Assembly: GCA_963762145.1 (NCBI GenBank)
Contig: CAVXJS010000021.1
Coordinates: forward strand, 320,001 to 384,000
Length of the DNA: 64,000 bases
Reading direction: 5' to 3'
Source of the DNA: an uncultured Candidatus Rokubacteria bacterium
GTDB taxonomy: Bacteria > Methylomirabilota > Methylomirabilia > Rokubacteriales > CSP1-6
Shown here one piece after another: positions 54,010-63,598 of this stretch (positions are counted from its first letter, which is position 1; every line of letters begins with the position of its first letter). Below the pieces are notes generated by a model. The model had not been told where the DNA came from and did no database searches. It worked only from the letters and a program-made list of their open reading frames with translations. Made by a program: the position numbers and the translations under genes.

Positions 54010-54787
54010 TCCACCAGGTCCTCGATGGATCGTACCACGTGGTCCGGAGCGATCGCGGCGATTCGCGGATCGTCCGCGCGCGTCACGCCGCTCAGCACGA
54101 GCACGGTGCCGAGGCCGAGGCGCCGCCCCATCACGATGTCGGTGTCGATGCGGTCGCCGACGATCACCGCCTCGCCCGCGGGGACGCCGAGCGCGGCGAG
54201 CGCGACCTCCAGGATGATCGGCGATGGCTTCCCGACGATCGCCTCCACCTTCCGGTCGGTCACCGCCTCCACCGCCGCGATCATGCCCGCGCAGTCCGGG
54301 ATCTCGCCGCCCTCGACCGGGCAGGTGCGGTCGGGATTGGTCGCGATGAGCCGCGCGCCCTGCCTCACCGCCTGCAGCGCGGTGTTGAGCTTGGCGTAGT
54401 CGAAGGTGCGGTCGAAGGCGATCACCACCCAGCGCACGCGCTCGTCCGGCCGCACCTCGAAGCCGTGGGCGCGCATCTCCTCCTGCATCGGCGGCTCGCC
54501 GATCACGAAGACCGGCGCTCCCGGGTCGCGGTCGCGCAGGTAGCGCGCGAGGACCAGCGAGGAGTTGATGACGTCGTCGGGCGCGGCGGGCACCCCCAGC
54601 CGCGTGAGCTTGGCCGCGTACTCGGTGCGGGTCTGGAGCGGCTTGTTGGAGAGGAACGCGACGCGGCGGCCCGGCCGCGCGGAGGGCGGCGATGGCGGCG
54701 TCGGCGCCCGGGGATCAGACGGTCGCCGAGATAGACGGTGCCGTCGAGGTCGAAGAGCCAGCCGCGGTACGGGAGCTTGGGGCGCAC
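54006..54787 (-). CDS. HAD-IIA (NagD-like) phosphatase, frameshifted
   Basis: LFDLDGTVY, ATNPD, VGKPS, VGDRIDTDI, LVLSGVT. Confidence 0.88.
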
Positions 54788-54792
54788 TAGGA

Positions 54793-54830
54793 CCCCTCGC
54801 CCTGCCCTCTCCCCCGGGGGGAGCGGGAGA
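54793..54830. repeat. REP-like element of the CCCTCNCCC..CCCTCTCCC..GGGAGAGGG type
   Basis: CCCCTCGCCCTGCCCTCTCCCCCGGGGGGAGCGGGAGA fills almost all of the nuoN-HAD spacer. Confidence 0.6.
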
Positions 54831-56306
54831 TCAACGGAGCAGCGGGATGACGGCGGCCTGGGCCAGGTCGAAGAGGGGGCCGGGCAGCCACGCCGAGCTG
54901 CATCACGCCCCAGAGGGCCACCACCAGGGCCAGCGCGCCGGAGAAGGACGGGGCCATCACGGTGGGCGCGCCCTCGGGCTCGCGCATGTACATGAACACG
55001 ATCAGGCGCAGGTAGTAGTAGGCGGCCACCGCGGAGTTCAGCACGCCGATCACGGCCAGCCACACGTAGCCCGACTTCACCGCGGCGCCGAAGAGGTAGA
55101 ACTTGCCCACGAAGCCCGCGGTGGGCGGGATGCCGATCAGCGAGAGCAGGAACACCGACAGCGCCACCGCCAGCACCGGGTGCCGCGCGGCGAGCCCGCC
55201 GTAGTCGGCGATCTGCACCGCCTCGCGCCCGTTGCGCTCGAGCAGCAGCACCGCCCCGAAGGCGCCCGCGGTGGTGAACGTGTACACGAGCAGGTAGAAG
55301 AGCACCGCGCCGTTGCCCAGCGAGCCGCCCGCCACCACCCCCACCAGCATGTAGCCCACGTGGGCGATCGAGGAGTAGGCGAGCATGCGCTTGATGTTCT
55401 GCTGGGCGAGCGCCACCACGTTGCCCACCGTCATGGTGATCGCGGCCATGCCCCACATGAGCATCGGCCAGTCGAGCGGGGCGCCGCGCAGCGCGGTGAG
55501 CAGCACGCGCAGGAGCGAGGCGAAGGCGGCCGCCTTGGAGCCGGTGGCGATGAACGCGGTGATCGAGGTGGGCGCGCCCTCGTACGCGTCGGGCGCCCAC
55601 ATGTGGAACGGCACCGAGGAGATCTTGAAGCCGAAGCCGACGAGCAGGAGGCCGAAGCCGATCGGCCAGCATCGGGTCGCGCCCCGCCCCCGCCGCGACC
55701 GCGTTCGCGATGCGGTCGAGGTTGGTGGTTCCGGTGGCCCCGAAGATGAGCGCGATGCCGTAGAGGAAGAACCCGGAGGCGAAGGCGCCCATCAGGAAGT
55801 ACTTCAGCGAGGCCTCGCCCGCCTCGAGGCGGTGGCGGAAGAACCCGGTGAGCACGTAGAGCGCGATCGACATCGTCTCGAGGCCGAGGAAGACGATGAT
55901 CAGGTCGCCCGCGGAGGCCATCAGCATCATGCCCGAGGGCGGAGAGGAGGATCAGGATGTAGAACTCGCCCGCCTCCTGGCCCTCGCGCCGGATGTAGTC
56001 CATCGACAGCAGGATGACGAGGCCGGTCGCGTAGCCGATCACCACGTTGAAGAAGAGCGCGTAGGGGTCGAGCACCACCATGCCGCGAAAGCCGCGCAGC
56101 TCGCCCCCGCCGATCGAGAACGTCATCCAGTAGGTCATGATCAGGGTCAGCACCACCCCGAGCGCGCTGACGAAGCCCAGGTGGTCCTTGCGCACCCGCG
56201 GGGGCAGCAGGTCGAGCACGATCACCACGAACACGGTGGCGGCCAGCACCAGCATCGGCAGGAGGGGCCGCAGGTCCACCACCGGCAGCACGAGCGCCGG
56301 GTTCAC
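54831..56306 (-). CDS. nuoN: NADH-quinone oxidoreductase subunit N, frameshifted
   Basis: EASLKYFLMGAFAS, FKISSVPFHMWAPDAYEGAP, NIKRMLAYSSI, YYYLR. Confidence 0.9.
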
Positions 56307-57820
56307 CGCGTCACCATCGCGGAGGCGGTCGCCTGGGCCTTGCTCTGCACCTGGGCGATCAGCGCCTGCACGCTCGGCTCGGTCATCGCGGTGAACGTGG
56401 TCGGGTACACCCCGATCCAGAAGATGAACAGGAGCACCGGCAGGAGCACCGCCCACTCGCGGGGGCTCAGGTCGGTCAGCCGGCGATTCGCCTCGTGGGT
56501 GACCTCGCCGAAGCACACCCGCTGGTACATCCAGAGCAGGTAGACCGCGGCGAAGATGATGCCGGAGGTGGCCAGCACCGCGGCGAGCCGGTTCACCTGG
56601 AACGCGCCCACCAGGACGAGGAACTCGCCCACGAAGCCGTTGAGGCCGGGCAGCCCCACCGAGGAGAGACACACCACCAGGAAGATGACGCTGAAGGCGG
56701 GGATGACCTTCCACAGCCCGCCGAAGTCGGCGATGAGCCGGGTGTGCCGGCGCTCGTAGATCATGCCGACCATGAGGAAGAGGGCGCCGGTGCTGAGCCC
56801 GTGGTTCACCATCTGGATGAGGCCGCCCACCATCCCCTGCGCGGTGAGGGTGAAGAGGCCCAGGACCACGAAGCCCAGGTGGCTCACGCTGGAATAGGCC
56901 ACCAGCTTCTTGATGTCGGCCTGCACGGTGGAGACCCACGCCCCGTAGATGATGCCGACCACGGAGAGCGCGAACATCCACGGCGCGTAGTGAAGGCTCG
57001 CGTCCGGGAACAGGGGCAGGCAGAAGCGGAGGAAGCCGTAGGTGCCCATCTTCAGGAGCACGCCGGCCAGGATCACGCTGCCCGCGGTGGGCGCCTCCAC
57101 GTGGGCGTCGGGCAGCCACGTGTGGAACGGGAACATCGGCACCTTGATCGCGAACGCGAGCGCGAAGGCGAAGAACATCAGGTCCTGCGCCCGCCCGCCC
57201 GGCAGCACGTAGCGCGCGAGCACCGGCAGGTCGAAGGTGTAGACGTTGGTCGCCGCGCCGTGCTGGAAGTAGAGGGCCAGGATGGCGACCAGCATCAGGA
57301 GCGAGCCGGCCAGCGTATAGAGGATGAACTTGACCGCCGCGTAGATCCGGTTGTGTCCGCCCCAGATCCCGATGATGAGGTACATCGGGATCAGCATCGC
57401 CTCCCAGAACACGTAGAAGAGGAAGAGGTCGAGGGCCACGAAGACCCCGACCATCCCCGCCTCCAGCAGCAGCATGGTGATCGCGAACTCCTTCCACCGC
57501 GACTCCACCGACGTCCACGAGGACAGGATCACGAGCGGCATCAGGAAGGTGGTCAGCAGCACGAGCAGCACGCTGATGCCGTCCACCCCCAGGTGATAGC
57601 TCACCCCCAGCGACGGGATCCACGCCTTCTGCTCCACGAACTGGTACTCCGCCGAGGTGGGATCGAAGCTGAAGTAGAGCGGGAGCGAGATCACGAAGGT
57701 CACCACGGTGGCGCCCAGGGCCACCAGCTTCGTGACGTGCTCCTGGCGGCGCGGCAGCAGCAGCACGAGCACGGCGGCCACCGCCGGCAGGAAGGTGACG
57801 AGCGTGAGCAGGTAGGCCAT
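56303..57820 (-). CDS. nuoM: NADH-quinone oxidoreductase subunit M
   Basis: LGVDGIS, FYVFWEAMLIPMY, KVPMFPFHTWLPDAHVEAPT, KKLVAYSSVSH. Confidence 0.95.
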   Translation of the reverse strand: MAYLLTLVTFLPAVAAVLVLLLPRRQEHVTKLVALGATVVTFVISLPLYFSFDPTSAEYQFVEQKAWIPSLGVSYHLGVDGISVLLVLLTTFLMPLVILSSWTSVESRWKEFAITMLLLEAGMVGVFVALDLFLFYVFWEAMLIPMYLIIGIWGGHNRIYAAVKFILYTLAGSLLMLVAILALYFQHGAATNVYTFDLPVLARYVLPGGRAQDLMFFAFALAFAIKVPMFPFHTWLPDAHVEAPTAGSVILAGVLLKMGTYGFLRFCLPLFPDASLHYAPWMFALSVVGIIYGAWVSTVQADIKKLVAYSSVSHLGFVVLGLFTLTAQGMVGGLIQMVNHGLSTGALFLMVGMIYERRHTRLIADFGGLWKVIPAFSVIFLVVCLSSVGLPGLNGFVGEFLVLVGAFQVNRLAAVLATSGIIFAAVYLLWMYQRVCFGEVTHEANRRLTDLSPREWAVLLPVLLFIFWIGVYPTTFTAMTEPSVQALIAQVQSKAQATASAMVTR

Positions 57821-57825
57821 GCGGG

Positions 57826-59706
57826 CTACCGGCGCGCCAGGAGGTAGGCGACCACGGCCACCGCGCCCAGCAGGATGCCGAGCGCGTAGTTCATCACGAA
57901 GCCGGTCTGGACCAGGCGCAGGCCTCGGGCCCAGGCCAGCACCGCGTTCGCGGAGCCGTTGACGAGCCCGTCGATGACGCGCGGATCGAAGACGCGCGCG
58001 AGCCAGAGCGAGAGATGGTAGATCGGCCGCACGAACAGGAAGTCGTAGATCTCGTCCACGTAGTACTTCTCGAGCAGCAGCTTGTGCACCGGGTTGCGCG
58101 GCACCCCGATCGACGCGGCCCGCACCGGCGTGCGTCCGTAGACGAACCAGGCCAGCGCCACCCCCGCGATCGCGATCACCGCGGAGACCAGCAGGAGCGT
58201 GAACGCGATGCCCGCGCCGTGCTCGCCCTCCTCGACCGGCAGCACCGGCGCGAGGAAGCGCGCGAACGGGGTGCCGGTGGACGACGGGATGCCGACCGCG
58301 AGGCCCGCCACCACGGTGGCGACGGCCAGGATCATCAGCGGGACCGTCATGCTGGCCGGCGACTCGTGGATGTGGTGCGCCACTTCCTTGGACATGCGCG
58401 GCGCGCCGAAGAACGCGAGGAACACGAGGCGGAACGTGTAGAACGCGGTCATGAACGCGCCCACGAGCAGGAGCAGCCACAGGAAATAGTGGTGCTCGTG
58501 GAACACGGAGGCGAGGATCTCGTCCTTGGAGAAGAAGCCGGCCAGCGGCGGCACCCCCGCGAGGCCGAAGGCCCCGATCAGGAACGTGACCGTGGTGGTC
58601 ATCATGCGCGGGGCGAGGCCGCCCATCTTGCGCAGGTCCTGCTCGCCGCCCAGCCCGTGGATCACGCTGCCCGCGCCCAGGAAGAGCAGCGCCTTGAAGA
58701 AGGCGTGCGTCACCAGGTGGAAGATGCCCGCCGCGTACGCGCCCACTCCCACGCCCACGAACATGTAGCCGAGCTGGCTGATGGTGGAGTAGGCGAGCAC
58801 GCGCTTGATGTCGGTCTGCACGAGGCCGATGGTGGCCGCGAACACCGCGGTGATGCCGCCCACCCACGCCACGATCTCGAGGGAGAGCGGGGCCATCTCG
58901 AAGAGCTTGTGGCAGCGCGCCACCATGTAGACGCCCGCGGTCACCATCGTCGCGGCGTGGATGAGGGCGGAGACCGGCGTCGGCCCCTCCATCGCGTCGG
59001 GCAGCCAGGTGAAGAGCGGGAGCTGCGCCGACTTGCCGCACGCGCCGATGAAGAGGAGGAGCGCGATGGCGAGGTAGACGTTCGTGCTCACGCTCGCGTC
59101 GGCCTTGGCGAAGACCTCGCCGTAGTTGAGCGTGCCGAAGGTCACCCAGATCAGCATGATGCCGAGGCCGAAGCCGAAGTCGCCCACCCGGTTGACGATG
59201 AAGGCCTTCTTGCCCGCGTCGGACGCCGCCTTCTTCTCGTACCAGAAGCCGATCAGGAGGTAGGAGCAGAGACCCACCGCCTCCCAGAAGACGTAGAGGA
59301 CGAGGAAGTTGCCGGCCAGCACCAGCATCACCATCGAGAACACGAACATGTTCAGGTAGGTGAAGAAGCGGGCGTAGCCCGGATCGCCGTGCATGTAGCC
59401 GATGGAGTACACGTGGATGAGGAAGCCGACCCCCGTCACCACCAGCAGCATCACCGCGGAGAGCTGGTCCACCTGGGCGGTGACCGCGGTCTTGAAGGTG
59501 CCCGCGACCACCCAGGTGAAGAGGTCACCCGTCCACGTCTCCCCGTTCCAGACCCGGGCGAAGACGAGGCACGACGTCACGAACGAGGCGAGCAGCGCCG
59601 GCACCGACACCCAGTGCGCCCGGTGGCCGACGGCTCGCCCGAAGAGCACGTTGAAGAGGGAGCCGACCAGCGGGAACAGCGGGATCAGCCAGACAAGTCG
59701 TGACAT
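57826..59706 (-). CDS. nuoL: NADH-quinone oxidoreductase subunit L
   Basis: FWEAVGLCSYLLIGFW, GKSAQLPLFTWLPDAMEGPTPVSALIHAATM, HAFFKALLF. Confidence 0.96.
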   Translation of the reverse strand: MSRLVWLIPLFPLVGSLFNVLFGRAVGHRAHWVSVPALLASFVTSCLVFARVWNGETWTGDLFTWVVAGTFKTAVTAQVDQLSAVMLLVVTGVGFLIHVYSIGYMHGDPGYARFFTYLNMFVFSMVMLVLAGNFLVLYVFWEAVGLCSYLLIGFWYEKKAASDAGKKAFIVNRVGDFGFGLGIMLIWVTFGTLNYGEVFAKADASVSTNVYLAIALLLFIGACGKSAQLPLFTWLPDAMEGPTPVSALIHAATMVTAGVYMVARCHKLFEMAPLSLEIVAWVGGITAVFAATIGLVQTDIKRVLAYSTISQLGYMFVGVGVGAYAAGIFHLVTHAFFKALLFLGAGSVIHGLGGEQDLRKMGGLAPRMMTTTVTFLIGAFGLAGVPPLAGFFSKDEILASVFHEHHYFLWLLLLVGAFMTAFYTFRLVFLAFFGAPRMSKEVAHHIHESPASMTVPLMILAVATVVAGLAVGIPSSTGTPFARFLAPVLPVEEGEHGAGIAFTLLLVSAVIAIAGVALAWFVYGRTPVRAASIGVPRNPVHKLLLEKYYVDEIYDFLFVRPIYHLSLWLARVFDPRVIDGLVNGSANAVLAWARGLRLVQTGFVMNYALGILLGAVAVVAYLLARR

Positions 59707-59735
59707 GAGTGTGGTTTCGCGTGCAAACCCGCATC

Positions 59736-59764
59736 ACTCTAAGGGAAAGGGATCAGGGTGTCAA
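59736..59764 (-). promoter_or_regulatory. Sigma70-type promoter directly upstream of nuoL
   Basis: TTGACA-17 nt-TAGAGT. Confidence 0.7.
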
Positions 59765-60222
59765 GGATGCGGCGGGTCGCCGCCGTCGCGCAGCCGGGGC
59801 TCCACGAAGCGAAAATACATCAGCGGAATCAAGTAGAAGAGCAGCAGGTGCCCGGAAAGCAGGCGCACGCTTCCGACGCTGTCGTCGATGAGAAAGAGCG
59901 AGAGCGCCAGGTTCATCAGGACGTACACGAGCACCGCCACGCCAGCCCGCCGGGCCCCCGGGGGGATGAGAGCGACCAGGCTTCGCCACTCCACCATCCG
60001 GATCGTGCCCTGCCCCCGTGCGGGAGTGGCCGTCTCGCGGAGGCGGACGATCAAGGCGGCCAGCAGCACGAAGGCGCCCGCGAACAGCACCAGGGCGACC
60101 GCGGCGGCGTGGGCGGGCGGAAACGGGGTGAAGGTGGCGAGGTGGAGCGCCGCGCTGGCGACGAAGCCTGCCGTCGCGGTTACGCGGAAGATTTTTCCCC
60201 AGTCTCTTTGGTGGGTGGACAC
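59761..60222 (-). CDS. Hypothetical membrane protein with about 4 TM segments
   Basis: Four hydrophobic stretches. Probable start is the GTG at 60222; the ORF-track extension to 60294 runs into a repeat. Confidence 0.65.
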   Translation of the reverse strand: MSTHQRDWGKIFRVTATAGFVASAALHLATFTPFPPAHAAAVALVLFAGAFVLLAALIVRLRETATPARGQGTIRMVEWRSLVALIPPGARRAGVAVLVYVLMNLALSLFLIDDSVGSVRLLSGHLLLFYLIPLMYFRFVEPRLRDGGDPPHP

Positions 60223-60264
60223 GGGTCCCTGTCTAGCATAAACGGGAGCTTCTCTTTTTGAATG

Positions 60265-60296
60265 CGCTCGGCTCGCCTTCGGCTCGCCTCGCAAAG
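60265..60296. repeat. GEPS element, copy 6 (divergent intergenic region)
   Basis: CGCTCGGCTCGCCTTCGGCTCGCCTCGCAAAG; the first 20 bp are identical to copy 1 and the CGCAAAG end is shared with copy 4. Confidence 0.8.
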
Positions 60297-60410
60297 CTTC
60301 GGCCGCGGACGACCCGGTGTGTCTTGTCTGTTTTCGGCCCGTGGTTCTCGGCCCGCGTGGGCACGTGGCAAAACTTAGGCGTGAATTGGGGTGGCTGCTA
60401 ACATGGCTGC

Positions 60411-61850
60411 GTGGCTCGCTCGAGCGCGCGCGTGTGGCTCATCCTCTTCGGCGTGCCCATCCTCCTCGTGCTGGGGGCGATCGGGTATCTCGCCTGGCGG
60501 CAGAGCGTGTCGGCGGTGCGCGTGGAGTTCCAGCCGGTGCCGCAGTTCATCGGCGCGCGCACGCCGATCACGCTGGTCCTGCGCGCCACGCGCGGCGGGG
60601 TCGAGTCGGTGGACATCCGGCTCAACCAGGGCGGCACCCGGGTCAACGTCGCGCAGCAGACCTTCTCGGGCGGCCCCCCCGGCAACGAGCAGCGGGTGCA
60701 GCTCATCGTGGCGGGCGGCACGCTCGGCCTGCGCGAGGGCGCGGCGAACCTGGAAGTGCGCGCGCGCGACGGCTTCTGGCGGCCCATTCGCGTCGACGAT
60801 CGGATGATCGCGAACGTGCCGGTCATGCTCGACTTCACGCCGCCCACCCTCGAGATCCTGGCCTCGACGCGCTATCTCTCCCGCGGCGGCGGCGGGCTGG
60901 TCGCGATGCGCGCCAGGGGCGCCGCGCGGGTCGGGGTCAACGTGGGCGACATGTTCTTCCCCGGCTTCCCCGCGGGCGCGCCGGACACCGGGCTGCACGC
61001 GGTGCTCTACGCGCTGCCGTGGAACCTGGCGCCCAACGCGCCGGTCACCGCCACCGCGCAGGACGAGGCCGGCAACGCGGTCTCGCGCGCGCTCGCGGTG
61101 GACATCCGCCCGCGCAAGTTTCCGATGGACACCATCGACGTGAGCGAGCAGTTCCTCGCGAGCAAGATGCCGGAGCTCCTGCCCGAGCGCGGCCAGATCC
61201 CGCCCGATCAGCTCCTCTCCGCCTTCCTCACCGTGAACCGCGACAAGCGGAAGGAAGCCGAGGAGATGAAGAAGAAGCTCGCCCAGAAGAGCAAGCCGAC
61301 GCCGCTCTTCGAGGGCGCGTTCATCCAGCCGCGCAACACGAAGGTGTTCTCCAACTTCGCGGAGACGCGCACCTATCGCTATCAGGGCAAGGACGTGGAC
61401 ACCCAGGTGCACCTGGGCTACGACCTGGCGTCACTGAAGAACAGTCCGATCCCCGCGGCCAACTCGGGCGTCGTCGTCTTCGCGGCGCCGCTCAACATCT
61501 ACGGCAACACGGTGGTGGTGGATCACGGCTGGGGCCTGCAGACGCTCTACGGCCATCTCTCCACCATCGAGGTGAAGGAAGGCGACGAGGTGAAGAAGGG
61601 GCAGGCGCTCGGCAAGAGCGGCGCCACCGGCCTCGCGCTCGGCGACCACCTGCACTTCGAGGTCCTCATGCAGGGCGTCTCGGTCACGCCCGTCGAATGG
61701 TGGGACGGCAAGTGGATCCGCGACCACGTCGGCCGCCCGCTCCGCGAGGCCAACATCCCGCTCCTGCAGTCCGATCAGCCGGCCGCGGACGCGAGCGAGG
61801 AACGCCCCGCGTCCGCCCCGACGCCGCGCCGCCGCACCCGCGGCCGCTAG
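60411..61850 (+). CDS. M23 family metallopeptidase (membrane-anchored)
   Basis: HLGYD, YGNTVVVDHG, TLYGHLS, HLHF. Confidence 0.92.
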   Translation: MARSSARVWLILFGVPILLVLGAIGYLAWRQSVSAVRVEFQPVPQFIGARTPITLVLRATRGGVESVDIRLNQGGTRVNVAQQTFSGGPPGNEQRVQLIVAGGTLGLREGAANLEVRARDGFWRPIRVDDRMIANVPVMLDFTPPTLEILASTRYLSRGGGGLVAMRARGAARVGVNVGDMFFPGFPAGAPDTGLHAVLYALPWNLAPNAPVTATAQDEAGNAVSRALAVDIRPRKFPMDTIDVSEQFLASKMPELLPERGQIPPDQLLSAFLTVNRDKRKEAEEMKKKLAQKSKPTPLFEGAFIQPRNTKVFSNFAETRTYRYQGKDVDTQVHLGYDLASLKNSPIPAANSGVVVFAAPLNIYGNTVVVDHGWGLQTLYGHLSTIEVKEGDEVKKGQALGKSGATGLALGDHLHFEVLMQGVSVTPVEWWDGKWIRDHVGRPLREANIPLLQSDQPAADASEERPASAPTPRRRTRGR

Positions 61851-63421
61851 CTACCCGCGTCCTCGTCGAGGTCGTCGTCCTGGCCCCGGCCGGCCCGGCC
61901 GATGCTCCGGTCCACGAAGAGGGCGAGGAGCTGCCCGCCCTCGACCAGCTCCGGATCCGGGTTCGGCCGATGCACCTGCACCGTGAGCAGGAACCAGCCG
62001 TCCCCGAGGAGGCGCCGCGCCTCGATGAGGCCCGAGGACTCCTCGTCCTGGGTGAGGAAGTCGGGGTTGCCCAGCGTGAAGAACTTCGGGTTGTGCGCGG
62101 CCACCTGGATGAGCTCGCCGGTCGCGATCTGGTAGAGCCAGATCTTGGCCACGCGGTCGCTGTTGCCGGGATCCTCGTCCATCAGGATGCGGCCCCAGCG
62201 GTCGATGGTCACGTTGTCGAGCATCCCGTGGCCCTCGTCGCCCTTGAGCAGGATCTCGATCGTCCCGCCCCGCTCGGGCTCCTCGACGTCGTCGAAGCGC
62301 AGCCGCCACAGGCGGCAGTTGCTGGTCAGGCTCGCGGTGGTCACGAAGTAGAAGTCGTCGCGGCGCTTCGCGCGGGGATCCCAGGCGCCGTCCTCCGGGC
62401 GCTGCAGCCGCGTGACCCCGGCCGCGATCGACATCTGCTCGAGCTCGAGCGCGCTCAGGTTGGAGACGTCGCCGAGGTCGCGCATCGCGAACCGGCCCTT
62501 GCCGACGAACGTCGAGGTGCCGAGGCCGAAGGCATTGCTCTCCTCGGTGACCGGCTGGCCGTCCACCGAGACCGCCACGCCGTAGAGCCGGCCGTTCGTC
62601 AGGCCCGCCTGCTCGATCGGGTGGCCTTTCCTCGTCTTCGTGCCGACGTAGACGTAGACCTCGCTCGGGAAACCGGCCGCGTTCGGCGCGGTGCTCAGCG
62701 CGCTGTCGTCGCCCATGATCACCACCGTCTTGAGCTGCGGGTGGGGACTCGCCACCGCGTTCTCGTAGGCGAGACGCCCGAGCCGCGGGAGCTGCCACGC
62801 TTCGCCCTTGTGCTTGCCGGAGGCGATGCGCGCCCAGCCGCGGCCCTGCGTCACCTCCTCGCCGTTCATGTAGATGCGGTCCTTGGTGCCGAGGCCGCGA
62901 TAGGAGAAGGCCCCCTCGGCGGCCAGATCCGCGGAGCAGAGGCGCTCCCAGACGGTGGTCCCGGGGACGTACGCTCCGGTCGCCGCGTCCCAGAGCCGCA
63001 CGTCGGCGGCCGAGGGCGTGAGGTCCTCGCCCTTCGTCACCTCGAGCGTCCGCGGATTGATCGTCCAGGCCGAGACGAAGGCCCCCTTCGAGCCGTGGGC
63101 GCGCGCGATGCCCGCGGTGGCGGTGAGCTCGTGATTCATCAGCAGCGTGAAGCTGTTCCGCGGGCCGTCGTGGCCGCCCAGCCCGTCCGGGATGCCGACC
63201 ATCCGATAGCCCCCCACGCTGTCCCCGACGGTCAGGATGGACACCGTCTGGACGCCGGGCAGGGCCGGCAGCAGATACGGCTCCGTCGTCGTGCTGGGCC
63301 CGATGTTGTGCGGCACGCGCGGCCCGCCGCTCCTGCTCTCATCCGCCCGCGAGCGGGGCGGGCTCGACAGCAGGAGCGGCGCCGTGGCGAGGGTCCCCTT
63401 CAGGAATGACCGTCTCTTCAT
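61847..63421 (-). CDS. Tat-exported PhoX/DUF839-like alkaline phosphatase
   Basis: KRRSFLK Tat motif, GIPDGLG, LMNHE, RLCSA, NGEE, RPEDG, DN, ESSG, VQVH. Confidence 0.75.
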   Translation of the reverse strand: MKRRSFLKGTLATAPLLLSSPPRSRADESRSGGPRVPHNIGPSTTTEPYLLPALPGVQTVSILTVGDSVGGYRMVGIPDGLGGHDGPRNSFTLLMNHELTATAGIARAHGSKGAFVSAWTINPRTLEVTKGEDLTPSAADVRLWDAATGAYVPGTTVWERLCSADLAAEGAFSYRGLGTKDRIYMNGEEVTQGRGWARIASGKHKGEAWQLPRLGRLAYENAVASPHPQLKTVVIMGDDSALSTAPNAAGFPSEVYVYVGTKTRKGHPIEQAGLTNGRLYGVAVSVDGQPVTEESNAFGLGTSTFVGKGRFAMRDLGDVSNLSALELEQMSIAAGVTRLQRPEDGAWDPRAKRRDDFYFVTTASLTSNCRLWRLRFDDVEEPERGGTIEILLKGDEGHGMLDNVTIDRWGRILMDEDPGNSDRVAKIWLYQIATGELIQVAAHNPKFFTLGNPDFLTQDEESSGLIEARRLLGDGWFLLTVQVHRPNPDPELVEGGQLLALFVDRSIGRAGRGQDDDLDEDAGS

Positions 63422-63476
63422 GAGAGCCTCCGTCGTAAGGGTGATCTACGAGGACGGCTCCTTGTAGCAGGCAAGA

Positions 63477-63514
63477 ATGATGAACGCGTGACGACTCCGC
63501 GAACCTTCCATGAC
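63477..63514 (-). promoter_or_regulatory. 11-bp phased direct repeats (Pho-box-like) upstream of the PhoX-like gene
   Basis: GTCAT/TTCGC/GTCAC/ATCAT at exactly 11-nt spacing. Confidence 0.45.
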
Positions 63515-63598
63515 GGGGTCAGGTCTTACATTCCGACATTTTCAAACGCCCGCGACTCACCTACTGGGCGGAAATGTCGGAATGTAAGACCTGACCCC
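63515..63598. repeat. REPIN-like inverted REP doublet (GGGGTCAGGTCT family), copy B
   Basis: Perfect 27-bp arms GGGGTCAGGTCTTACATTCCGACATTT / AAATGTCGGAATGTAAGACCTGACCCC, 30-nt spacer. Confidence 0.88.

Noticed and set aside
60223-60294. N-terminal MRGEPKASRAHSK extension of the membrane protein as another translated element copy
   Set aside because: It depends on a TTG start inside the repeat with no clear SD. The GTG at 60222 is more plausible.
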